Shown: positions 25,580-38,800 of the stretch, piece by piece
Layout: the number at the start of each line of letters is the position of its first letter
Position numbering within the stretch: position 1 is the stretch's first letter
From: Nageia nagi
Taxonomy: Eukaryota; Plantae; Pinophyta
NCBI GenBank assembly: GCA_050084985.1
Contig: JBITNC010000002.1
Span: 4,898,001 to 4,962,000 of the forward strand
Direction of reading: 5' to 3'
DNA length: 64,000 nt
Program-made: the position numbers and the translations under genes
The notes under the pieces: generated by a model
What the model was told of the DNA's origin: nothing
The model's database searches: none
The model's input: only the letters and a program-made list of their open reading frames with translations

Positions 25580-27070
25580 ATTATTTCTAGCACTTTTCCA
25601 TGCAACTTGTTAAAAGTATGCTCAATCATTATAGTTTTGTAATTTCTCATAATGGAACTATCTCCAAATTTGTGGATGGGGTGAATAATGTGTAGCGCCT
25701 AAAAGGGGTGAAATCCAAAGTAAATGACCCCATTTGAAATCCTAGAAAGTGGAAAAGCAAGTGAATCAAGCCCATGTTTGAATAACTATTCTTGGAAGCC
25801 TTTATAATCCACAAATTTATTGGTGCCAAGTTTTTGAATAGCTTTATTGATATCACTATTATGAAACAACTTGAAATAGGGAGTGGGAAAAGAGACAAGG
25901 ATGGTGGCTTAGCTAGAGAAATAATAAAGGGAGTTAGTATAAGAGAACCAAGTTTGAACATATATGTTTGAAGGTGGGGATTTCTTTAGGAGGAGGATGT
26001 GCCAAAAGTATTTGGGAGAGTGCTGGAGAGCATCAAGAAGAACAAGTCACCTAGATGCAAGAAACTCACATTTCTTACACCTTAGGACACAATAATACTC
26101 TCAACACATGTTGATGGAATTGAAGGATTCCATAACCAAGATCTTTTTGAAGGATTCCATAAATCTTCAACACAAGAAGCACAATTTCATGCACAATGAG
26201 ACACACCATATATAGTGGTTTCTCCATCATGGGAGTGCATCGACTTGAACCATCTTTTCTATTATTTCTCACAAGGGAACTCTCCTGCAAATTCTCAAGA
26301 ATTCTTCTACGAGAATTCTCCTACAAAACTCTTACTACTCTACAAGACTAGCATTTTCATGCTTCTCCAAGTGTGTAATCTCAAAGAGAAGGTCCTCTAT
26401 TTATACGCCAAAATCCTCCCTTGGATCACCCTATTACCCATTGTACAAAATCATGACATGCATCACCCTTTTACCCAAGGGGCATGCTCATGAGCTGAAG
26501 TGTAAGACAAGTTACATTATCATATTCACTAAATACTTAAGGTATCTAGAGATACCCTTAAGTATTAAGTGAATTACATTAAGAGACCTTACAATAATGC
26601 ATTATAAATTCTAACACATGTTGGGTATGGATGAAAGAATGTGGATTAAGGAAAAATTAAGCTTATGATGAAAAGACTTACAATATTCATCATACCAATG
26701 GTTCATAGGGAAGAAATTGTATGAACGAGAGGAGTTGGAATGATGAACTCTTCGGGTTAAGGAGTTAAGGGTAGCCTCATAAAGGGCATCAAATAGTAAT
26801 TAATGCATAAAGGTGGCAATAGGGATCGAGAGTGAGTAGAATTTTGACATGAGATGAGAGAGTTCGGTACAATAATCAATGATGTACAAACCATCAAAGT
26901 AGGTCAAAGTAGGATGAATACTAGAGGTTATCTCTAGGCAAAGGGGGAGGACTAAGGGGGGGAGGTGTTATATGGAGAAAATTATAAGGTTACATAGTCA
27001 ATAAGGTGTAGTTATTGGGAGACAAGAAAGTCTCAAAGGTGGGGATAAGATCTCTACTGGAAAGAATATA
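25580..27070 (-). mobile_element. RTE-X-like LINE ORF2 remnant, interrupted by a solo LTR
   Basis: IIHPIHKFGDSS...NYKTIMIEHTFNKL, homologous to the RT of the 14778-19995 LINE. Confidence 0.65.
26112..26616 (-). mobile_element. Solo LTR, 505 bp
   Basis: TG...CA termini with perfect 5-bp TSD CATGT; TATA-like CTATTTATA reads on the minus strand. Confidence 0.85.
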
Positions 27071-27189
27071 GTCAATGACACTTGCACCTCCACCATGACG
27101 AAAGCATGTGAATTTTTATAGGAAAGGAAGCAAGGAATCTCGTTAAATATGTAAAGATTATGTGATTCTCCCACCTATAAAAGAAACTG

Positions 27190-30140
27190 ACCATATGATG
27201 TGATAAAATTATCCTCATTAATTGAAAGTTGAAGAAAACCAAAGTCTTGGTTTCATTCAATAGGAGATTAAGGGCCTTCCATTTCTATGGAATAAGAGTA
27301 AATTAAGATCATTCTTGGGGCATGTTGGGTATTATAGGAGATTTATCAAGAGCTTCTCCAGTATTGCTCAACCATTGACTCGATTTTTGAAGGAGGAGTG
27401 TCATGAATCGGGAAAAGAAGCAAGAGAAGTATTTCAAGAGTTGAAATAAGCATTGGTAACAACATCTATTTTAAAGAATCTTGATTCGAGTAAGCCATTC
27501 ATAGTCTACACATATGCATCGGATAAAGCACTAGGTAGTACATGCAGCTATAAAAATGAAGATGGAAATTATCATCTTATCCGTTTTGGGAGTTAATAGA
27601 TGAGCAATGTTTAGGTAAATTATACAATCACTAAAAAGAAGCTTTAGCTATAAGTTTTGCTTTAAAGAAATTTAAAAATTACTTGGGGAAAAAGTTTATT
27701 GTGGTAATTGATCATCAAGCTTTGAAGTATATCATTAATAAGCCTAATCCTATGGGAAGGATTGCAAGGTGGATGCTCCTAAAGGAATGTGAGTTTAAAA
27801 TTGTGAACAAATCAGGCAAGAAGCATATCAATGTTGATGTATTATCTAGAGCATATGAGGGCATTGGATCTTCTTATGATGATAATGATGATTTTCTCTA
27901 TGCAGCTTTGTTTTCTATGGAGACAATTCCAAATGACTACATTGATATTTGGAATTACTAGAGTGAATTCAAACTTCCAAAGGGAGAAACATCTAATATA
28001 AAAAAGGAAAATTACTCAAGCGAGTAGACCCTATACACTTGTGGATAGGGTGTTATATAGAGATGGAACAAATGGAAAATATCTTCATGCAATTGGATGA
28101 GATTAAGGGAAAGAGTTAATAAGAGAAATGCATGATGGCATATGCGAAGGATATTTTTGTAGGTAGTTGACAACAAGAAGACTATTGAATGTAGGTTATT
28201 ACAAGCCCACCCTTTTTTAAAGATTGTTTCAGTTATTGTAAAAGTTGTGATGCTTTTCAATCTTATAGGAATCGCAGAACAACATCAGCATCGTTATATC
28301 CTATTCTTCCCTTAGGACCATTTGAGAAATGGGGAATTGATATTGTAGGACAAGCCTCCTACACCAAGGCAAAATAGATATATTGTTAAAGCTACAATTT
28401 ATTTGACTAAGTGGGTAGAAGCAAGACCATTGATGTAGTAGAATCTTTGTTAAGATTTGGATGTCCGTTAGAGAATGTTACAAATCAAAGAACCCACTAG
28501 TTCATTAATGAGGTAGTAGAATCTTTGTCAAGTCGATTTGCAAACAAGCATAGAAAGGAAACCACTTACAAACCAAGCACCAATGGCCAGGTATAATGAA
28601 CTAATCATGTCTTATGTTAGATACTTACTAAGGATGCAACATTGCAAGTAGATACATGGGATAAAAGGATTCATGCAACATTATGATCATATAGAGTAGA
28701 TACATGGGATAAAAGGATTCATGCAACATTATGGTCATATAAAGCTATAGTAAAGACATTGATTGGGTATTCTCCCTTTCATTTAGCATATGGAATTGAT
28801 CCCATTATGCCTATTGAATTTGATGTTCCAAATTTAAGAACTATATGAAGAATAAGAAAGGATGAAGGAGGATCTAATGATGATAGATTAATGCAGCTTC
28901 AACAATTAGAAGAGATGTGTGAAGAACCTAATAAGACTATTGAAAAGAAGAAAATCAAGCAAAAGGAGTATTTTGACAAGAAGTTGAAATGGTCTCCATT
29001 CAAGGTCAATGATCTAGTCATGGTATATGATTCCAGGCATCATAAGAGAAAATACATTAAGTTGTTACCAAAGTGGAGTGGACCATACAAGGTGGTAGTA
29101 GTTCATGATAATAGAACGTACATACTTGAAGAATTGGATGGTACTTTGATTTCTAAGTGGGTAACCATGAATAGTTGAGGATTTTTCAAGCTCCTAATTG
29201 AATACTTTCCTACTTCGATGACGAAGTAGAAATCAGGAGGGGAAGAAGATGTCGTTAAATTTTTCTAGTGAATGTATAGTATCTCTATGTAATCAGTATG
29301 TGTCATAGTCAGTAATAGTTGCTAACCACCAACTTTTTGTGCAAGATAGCGACGCCCACAAATAAGCTACAGTGGTAGCCATCATGAAAAAATAGTGCAA
29401 CCAAAATAAAGAGATAGCGATGTAATAATGATTAGTAGTAGAAGTGTATTATGGGGGCTTTAAGTTGGTGAAGTCCAGTAAAAAGTAAAACAATAAACAA
29501 TAAATGGTAAAAGGTAAATGATAAATTGTAAATGGTTAATCGTGAAAGTAAGTAATGGTTAGTGGAAGAAATATCCATGGGTAATATCTAGAAGATATAT
29601 GTTCTAGAATTATCCATAGGATTATGTGGAAAAAATACATGTGATGATGTGCAAGTAGTTGTTGATATTCAAAAGGGGTTTGTAGAAAAGGATTACATGG
29701 CAAAAGATCCATGTGTAAAGGAAGTCAAGTGCAAGTCAAGTTGGAAAGAAGTTTAGTAGTTGTGTATGATATGAAGTTGTGAAGAAGTTTACATATGTAT
29801 GATGAGTCTTGAGTCTTAGTGTCATAAGTTAAGAATCATAGGTATGTCAAAGTGTTATATTGTGTTCGTGACTATCCAAGTGAAGAGAAGGTTAGAATTT
29901 TGTTGTAAGAAGGCTCTCTTTGTGAGGTTGTGACAGTGGTTGTGTTGGATTGGTTGTTGAGTTGAGCAAGTGGTGGTGCTCCTCATGGGATAACCAATTC
30001 CATTGCTATCATCACAGTGAGAGTTTCTTAACATTGTAGTGTAACTCTTGTTGTATTTGTATCTTCACTTTCATAAATAATATTATCATTGCTCCTTTGT
30101 ATGATTATTGTGTTGATCATAATATTTAAATTGCATTACC
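27190..30140 (+). mobile_element. Ty3/Gypsy pol remnant (RT thumb, RNase H, integrase) with PPT and 3' LTR
   Basis: RSFLGHVGYYRRFI; FIVYTYAS; DHQALKYI..GRIARW; GPFEKWGIDIVG; YLTKWVEA; PSTNGQ; LLPKWSGPYKV; PPT AGGAGGGGAAGAAGA then TG at 29250; LTR end approximate. Confidence 0.9.
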
Positions 30141-32264
30141 ACTAATGAAAGTGGTGCATCGAGATAAAATATCATTGTGAGAAGAAGGTTTGGTATTATA
30201 AGTTCTTGTGTGCTAAAATAGTAAACAATCCTCAACGTCGAACTCATGAAGGCAAAGCACATCCATTGTAAAATCCTTTATAGGCACCTAGTTGACTCAG
30301 TTCAAGCATTGAAGTCACCTAGGAAGATAGTCTTGCATATAATGGAGAAACAAAGATCACTAGGTAGAGATCAAGAAGCATGTCTCCTCAATATGCATGT
30401 TTAAGGAAGTAGAAATAAAGGCAAGTAACACATTATGATGAAGATATCAAGAAGGGGGGTTCCTCAGCGAACCCACAACCACGTATTCTTAGAGTGTTGA
30501 AGATTATCTCGAAAGAGGTAAGCAACTCCACTAGAACCTTGAACAACACCTAATCTATGAGTCTCATATTGGCAAGCTAAGAAACAAAAGTGACCGGTAA
30601 CAACAAGGAAGTCCCTCTTATCTAATGAATCTCAATGAGGAAAAGGATATCTTGTGAAGCTATAAAATCTTGAAAGGTCCCAAGAGAAGACCATAAAAAC
30701 CATAACAATTCCAACAAGCAACAAATAAGTCATAAGTCTTAGTGAAGATATACAAGTGGCTTTATTGTGAAGATCTAGGATATGACCATGTCAAAGGGAG
30801 GAGTCACAAATGATAGCCTCATAGTCAAGAATGATAACCCATATGTTCTCTTTCCTACCAGCTATAACCAAAGTATGAATGAATAGATTTTATTGGTAAG
30901 CGAGAATAGTTTCTTAGCTTGCAAGGCTTATAAACATGCCCTTACTGATTAAAAATGAATAGCAAGAGTGTTATCCAAGCTAGGCCAAGCCTTGTCAAGA
31001 GATATCTTTCAAATACAAAGTCTTATGTAGGAAAACGTTTCTAGAGTATAAAGGCTCAGTTGGGTTTGGAAGGTCACAAACTCGAAGATTGAGTTCCTTA
31101 GTGTTGTGTGTTCTTTCCTCCTCAAATTTTGCATGCATTACTATTTTGACCAAAAGCAATGTTTTATTTCCCTTAATGACTTATACCCACAAATTCTATT
31201 CCTCTACCTATTTCTAGATGGATTGTTGTTGAGTGATGGTTTCTTGTCTAAGGTGTTCCTGTTGTGCAAGAAAAATCAAACTACTTGTTTTTGAGTTTGG
31301 AGATGAGATCTCAAAGGAGTTGTGGAATTTATGCAATCAGGAGGACTTAAGACTATTTGAGTTGACTAACACAATCTTTCAATCATGCGATAAGATCATC
31401 TTTTTCTTATAATTGTTGTTTAGATTATATCTAAGAAATAAAAATTTTAATTATGTACTTTTTTTTGCTTGCTTGTTTACAATGGTTTGTTGGTCTCAAA
31501 CGATTTGAGAGAGGTCGGAAGTATAATGTTCAAGTGAATCAATTATTCCTTCAAACTCTTGTTCAATAAAATCCAACCTTTCCATGGTCAATGAATCAAT
31601 TCTCAAAGTGAATTGTCAACATCACCATCATCTAGATTTTGCATTTTCTTCTTCAATCTTGAGTGCACATTGAGTAGAATTAGTAGGGATTAAAAGATTT
31701 TATTAATTAAAAAAGGGTGAAAATCATTTTGATTTTAATTAAAGAAAGGAACTTCAAAAAAAAGGAAAAGCGAAGGCTATAAAAAAAACTAAGGCTCTCA
31801 AAAAGTTGATTGAAATATCATTTAGTGTGTGATATGGACAAAGCCAAAAAATAAACACTTGAAGCGAATCAGAGCACCATAGTGGATTAGGGTTTAGACT
31901 AGGGGAATGATCGTGCAACAAACAAGGTTTGACAAAATCATAGCAGGTCAGAGAGTTTGGATGCTTTATTTAGCGTAAAAAGTATGCATGAGTACAATAA
32001 ATGTTGCTTGTTGCAACGATCAAACATAACCTAACAAAGGGTCAAGGTGTGTGCTCCATGAATGTTAATGGAGGAATCGAATTCGATCCCAAGGTTTCTC
32101 ATAAGGACAAAAATAATGACCTGTTAACAAGGATTTTGACCAATGTTCTACACTACAAGGCAACACATAGCAATAGATGGCAACGCACAAGCATTGATCA
32201 CAAGAAAAAGCTTATAAATATCATGAAACTATAGTTCTTTAAGACCTTATAGATATTATGCATC

Positions 32265-35200
32265 CAATTAAGGAAGCTAAAGTATTAATGAAGGTATTAA
32301 GGGAGTATGATACGGCCTCACATTAGAAAATAAACTTCAACAAAAGCCAAATTTGTTTCTTCAACATTGCGAAAGGAAGAAAGAGACAGATAGCTCATAT
32401 TTTCAATTATGAGATAAATTCTTTGCCTTCTAAATACCTGGGAATGCCTTTATTTGGAGGAAGGGTAAAAAAGGAGTTTTGTAATGGATTCATCGATAAA
32501 ATTGGAAACAAACTATCAAGATGGAGACGAGCCTTGTTGATTCAGGATGGGAAGCTCCATTTGGTTAAAACTACTCTTCAAAGTGTTCATGTTTATTGTG
32601 CCAATATTTTCAAAATCCCTCCATTTGTGGCTAAAAATATTGATCAAATTTGTAGGAATTTCTTATGGAAAGGAGGTAAGGAAACAAAAAGAATTCGCTA
32701 AGTAGCTTGGGAGAATATATGTAGGGCTAAGTGGCAATGAGGGTTGGGTTTAAGATCAATTGGATGGGTAAATCAAGCTTTTCAAAAGAAGATGGCATGG
32801 AAATTGTGTTGTGGTCTAAATAATGATTAGGTTTGAACTATTTGTGCCAAGTACATGGAAGGAACCAATAGCCTGTTAAGAATTGGAAGACCATCGAAAG
32901 GATCAACCTTTTGGAATGGGTTTATTAACATTAGGGATGCAATTTGGCTTCATTCTAGGGGGGTGATTAACAAAGGTAATGACGTTCTATTTTGGTATAA
33001 TCCTTGGTTGCCCCTTGTCCCATTAGATCAACAGCAAGGCTACGCTTGAGCTTCAAAGTGGGCCAAAGTCAATATTGAATATATCGAGAAGGAAGGATTG
33101 AAGGCTTGATGGTTCATTCCACTAGTACCTAATATTGAATTTGAAGAAATTCTATAGCAAGTTCGAGTCCAAGTTTTATTAGTACAAAATTCTTCCCTCA
33201 AATAAGAATGGTGTACTAAACTAGATAAGAGTAAGAGGATTTTCGATATTATCGACATGAAACAGGGAAGTATCGATCACATGGCTCGAGTGATGCAAGA
33301 TCATTTCACAACCCCAAGTACAATCCTTCATGCGATGATATGATTCATAACGAAAGGAGACACAATTTGGAATTAAAGGGGATTTAGATCTTATTAAGGA
33401 GCTAACAAAAGGGGCTATAACCACCTCTACTCCTTGTAAGTTGGAAGTCTTTGTCTACAAACTATTAAGGGAATGGGGAAGATTAAGCGAGTGGAACCCA
33501 GCAGTTTTCATGAGGTAAAGGTATATAAGAGGATTTGGAAAAGGTTTTAATGAGGAGTGTCGAAGTTTGTCAAATGATGTCGTAATCATGACATGGAACT
33601 TTTATGCAAAGTAGTTAGGCTTGGAAGGATGATTGTGCCATGGTGGATTCCATCCGAGTGGACTTCTCCAAAGAGGTGATTGCTAAGGTGACTGCTCTAA
33701 GTTTGGAAGGTTGATTTTATGACAGAGTTGTGAGGATCAAATATTTTAAAATAGACAAATTTTGGGAAGAGGATGAAGAATTTGATAAGGAGAACTTGGG
33801 ATATAAGCAGGACAAGCTTTCTAGCCCCTGGAATCAGGTAGCGGAATGGATAATCCTCTACTTCACCCTGGAAGGATGACTCTCCCACATTTATGACCCT
33901 CGTATCATTTTACTAAAGCATTTTAGACACGATGATAGGATAATTTATTTCCCGTTTTTGTTGCTTACATTGATTAGAAGATATTTTTCCCTAGTTAAAA
34001 AAGGAAAGGAATATTTCCCACTACATCAAGGTTTGATTAATTTGATGTATGAATGGGCAATTAGTAAGACTATGCATGCAACTCTGAACAACCAAGAAGA
34101 GGAGGAGGTCTCAAAGGAAGAAGAGGTTCCTGATTCAAATTCATAGGAAGTTATCCCCATGGCAAAATCGAAGAAGGATAGAAGAGAATGAGCTACGAGG
34201 CAACTCCAAGTGAAGATACAGGATAGAGAAGGCAATGTTCAAGAAAGGAAAGATCAGGATGCACATAGTTTGGAGATGTAAAGAGGTGAGTTGATCACTC
34301 CAAAGGATTAAGTGGGAGCATTTAGGATGAGAAAAGTAGGAAAATCAGAATCTGCATCATCAAAATAGGCTAAGAAAGGTAGTAAAAATGTCCTTGATTA
34401 TATTACTCCCTTGTTGTGTCTAAAGGTATAGATACCATTATTAGACAATATGTTGATGTTGGTGGGGACGATTCTAAGGTTGTGGAGGCATTTGAACTTG
34501 AAGAATTAGAGTTCTATGACCATACGAAGGTGAAGGAGCATGAGGAGGTTATTCCCTTGAAATCCTTTAAATCTCCTAAGAGTAAGAAGCCTATTGAATC
34601 TTTGGATCCTAAGGGGACTGAATCAGAGGAATAGATTCTAGAAGAGAAAAAGATTAGATCATCTAACTCTTAATATTTTGAAGCATCCCCAAAGCCAATG
34701 GTAAAGAAAGGCAAAGGTTTATCTAAGTCCAATAGTGAATAAAAGGTTGAGTAATCTCTAGAAAATGGTAGCTCTAATTTTTGTGTTTCCTCTAACTATA
34801 TTGGTAATAAAAGGAAAGACCTCCACTTATTCCACATTCAAAGACAAGGGTAAGAGTAATACAACTAAAGGTCAAGTGAGGGCTAAGCAGAAGGAGTCCT
34901 TGAAGATTCCAAAGGCACCTATGGAGGTTGGAGTGCATAACGAGCATAAGCAAGATATTGGTAAACACAATAGGGTTGGACCTGCAACAATGGATAATGA
35001 CTTTGTTGCGACCAAGAAGGCTATGAAAAGCTTCGTAAAGGAAATGGAAAAAGGAACAAAAAAGGTAGAAAATTCAATTCCAATGGTGATTCCTCGGATG
35101 GGCACACAAGGATCTAGTACGATGGCGATTGCAGCTACTACACATCAGGAGAATAATAAGGCATGATGTTAGAACAGGATTTTGAATTTTTTTTTTGTTA

Positions 35201-35418
35201 ATCTTTTTAGTATGTTTCTAATGGTCCCTTTTTGGTCACCAGTAAGTTGTTACTGGTGTTTCGATTATAGGTAGATTGTGTATGATAGTCGTTTGGTGTT
35301 GTTTTGGCTATTGATTAGGCGTATTCAGTAGTTTATGATATAATATGAACTTCTTATGTTAATTTTTAGCACAAATGTGGGATCTGTAAAACCCTCCTTT
35401 TTACCTAGTACCAAAATA
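32265..35418 (+). mobile_element. 5'-truncated L1-clade LINE with an extra 3' ORF, bounded by a 16-bp TSD
   Basis: TSD ATAGATATTATGCATC at 32249-32264 and 35419-35434; ORF2 remnant INFNKS, PSKYLGMPL, RNFLW, VAWENIC..GLGL; extra decayed ORF 33473-35166; T-rich UTR and short A-tail. Confidence 0.88.
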
Positions 35419-35879
35419 ATAGATATTATGCATCTTAATTGCTTTCACATGACTTCAACATTTTTACCTTAAAATTCCTTTATCTTAAAGGATATTCCCC
35501 TTCCTACATGCAAGTTATCACTATTTATTTGCATGATATAGCACACCCACTTATTGTACAGTAAATTTCTACATATGATCCTTCAGTTATCCCTTTTAAT
35601 GTATAAGAGTTGATACAAGAGCAAACAAAGTAACCATCTTAAATTCATGTTATCTCTTTCTTTAGTATTGATCTAAATGACCAAACCAAGTTCTTTTCAA
35701 ATATCAACATTGAAATAATTATTCCTCTCCATTTTTAGTGAAGATAATTCCTCCCACATCAAAAATGTCCTTGTCTTCTGACGACTTGCTCTCATCAAAA
35801 ATGGGTGGGTGTGAAGACTCATCTATCGATGCATTATTGCTAAACCCAATAGAGTTACTCTAATTGCAACATCAAGATT

Positions 35880-38800
35880 TTATTTCTGACCAAAAATGTT
35901 GAAGGAACTCTTTGATTCTTTATATGTAGACTTCCTACCTAACTCAAGACTTTTGCATTCACCACTATTTTTGTCTACCTACTCTTTCACATCAGAATTG
36001 CACTAGAAACTCCCTTATTCTTCTTATATGTATTATTCTACAATGCCATTGATCATTTTTTTTGTTCACCTAAGGACATTAGTATCAAATTTGAATTTAT
36101 ATTTCTTCACAACACCTCCCCCCAATCCATCCCTCTTCCCTTGCTTTGTGACATTAGTACCCATCCTATCACAACTTACTTTGATGGTCTGCATACCATT
36201 CATTACTCTACCAAACTCTAACCTCGTGTTGAGATTTTACTTTCTACCATCACCTTTATGTATGAGTTTTTATCTCATGCCCTCTGGGAAGTTGCCTTTA
36301 GCTCCTCAAATCTCAAAGTTCATCATTTTAACCCTCCTCATCCTCACAATGTTTATCTTATGAACTATTAACACGATGAAGATTTAAGTCTTTTAATCAA
36401 ATAATTTGTTTTCCTTAGTCCATGACCCTTCATCCACATATGTCATGTGTTGAGGATACCATTGCATCCTAAGGCATAAGAAACATGAATATATTGCATC
36501 TAGGTAACTTGTATTTCTCGATGCCCTCCACCACTCCCCCAAATTCTTTTGCCACACTCTCCAACCAAAGATATAACCACCTTTAACCATTGATACCCAA
36601 TCTTCAATTGTTTATGCCAACTCCCTATGTGATGTCCTTGGTCAATCCACCATTCTTATGTCCTCCCATCCCCTCACCTATCAATTGTTTCATACAATTA
36701 ACATCAAGAAAGCTACTCAAAAACTTCACACCAATATATCAACAAATTATGATGGATTTCAGATGGAGTTCCTAAAACATGGAGTTGAGTTACTCCCATT
36801 TTTTCTTTCTAGGTTTTTTAACATGGTTATTTACCCTAGATTTCCCCCTTTTCACCATGACACATATTTCACCCCATACACAACTTAGGAGACACTTCTA
36901 TTTCAAACAATTAAAACACTATTATGATTGGAAATACATTCACCAAGTTGTATGGCACAATGTTAGAAATAAAGTTATTAGAAGAGCTTGATTCCAAGAA
37001 GCTTAGAGTTAAGAGATAAGTAGGTCTTAGGAGCGACTACCAAATTATTTATTTCTCACCCTTTGCACCTCTAAGGTCATTACCATTGTAGGCTCATCTA
37101 GGTGTCGATGTTGTTGGTCCTCCAAGATTTTTTTATTCCTTTTGTCTATCGATATTTCCATTGATCATCTTCCTCCTTTCAAACACACTTTGGTTGACCC
37201 CTCCCAATCTCATCCTTTGAGTAACACTCATTAGTTGGTATGGGTTGATATTTACTATTAGTACACTATAGAGCACATGGATATCTCCATCCCTTAGCCC
37301 CAAGTTGGCCTTATATAAAAAGCATTTCCTCCAAATAGTTAATGGCACCATCTACCACCCCTCCTACCTTGAGTACCATTGGTTACATGGCATGAGGACC
37401 TCTTTGGGCAAGATAAGAATATGTTCCCACAAGTTTTATATTGAATATAATCATTGCATTCCAATGGAGGATCGCATTTGTCCTCTTTATGCCATCAAAG
37501 AAATGGAGTCTATAGACCGCTTTGTATTTTCAAATGTCCCATTTACTAAAAGATCTAGGGAAGATTCCATTGCTTATTCAAAGACTTCAATAATTGTCTC
37601 TCCACCTTCTGATATCCCAATCAATAATATTAGGTATTATATATTTGAAAAGTTATCTTGCTTAGGAGCATATCTTTATAACGTATCCCCACCCCTACCA
37701 AGCTAATCACTTCATTCAACCCATTGCTCTTATAAGGGCGGTCAAGCACCCTCAAGACACTCCTAGCTCTCACACAAACAATATCAAGTCAACTCGTTGA
37801 TGATCTTCATCAAGCACCACTGTACAGGTCCCCTAACCTCCTCTTCGCACTTAATTCCACAAACCTACCTTTGATCAACATCAAGGCACCTTCTATCCCT
37901 CCTCTTCCTCACACCTCTTATCTTATGAGCTATTGGTACAATAAAGATTGAATTTTTTCATCAAAAGTTTTATTTTTCCTTAGTCCTTGACCCTTCATCC
38001 ACACATTTGCGTTGAGGATACGATCACATCCTAAGGCATAAGAAACATAAATATCTTCCATCCAGGCAACTTGTGTTTCTCAATGCCCTCAACCACTCCT
38101 CCAAATCCTTTTGGCACACTCTCCAACCAAATATATCCCCACCTTCAACTATTGGTACCCAATCTTGGGTCACTTATGCTAACTTCCTCTATGATGTCCT
38201 TGGTCAATCCACCATTCTTGTATCTTCCTCTCCCCTCGATTATCAATTATTTCATATAATTGGCATCAAGAAAGCTATTCAAAAACTTAACACCAATAAC
38301 TCAACATGTTATGAGTAGTTTCAAACGAAGCTTTCTAAGTTGTTTAAAAAGGTTATTTACTTTAGATTAACACCTCCTAGCCACAACACATTATTCACCC
38401 AATCCACAAAATAGTAAACACTTTTATTTCAAACAATTACAAGACTTATGATTGGAAATATATTTACCAAGTTGTATGGCACAATGCTAGAAATAAAGTT
38501 GTCAGAAGAACTTGAACGTAAGAATCTTATAGTTGTGGGATATGTAGGTTATAGGAGCAACTACCAAATTATTGATCACTTCTTTACCCTTTGCACCAAT
38601 TAAGGAGGTTCACCAATAGTCCATAAAGGTATTTTGTTGCTTCATTGACTTGAAAAAGGATTTTGACTCAATCTTGAGATTTCTCCTTCAACAACTTTAG
38701 TATCTTTGATCTACTTATTCTAGCTACCACCACGTTATACCAATATCTTTGATTTGCTTATTCTAGCTTGAGGATTTCCTCCGACACCACACTCATACAT

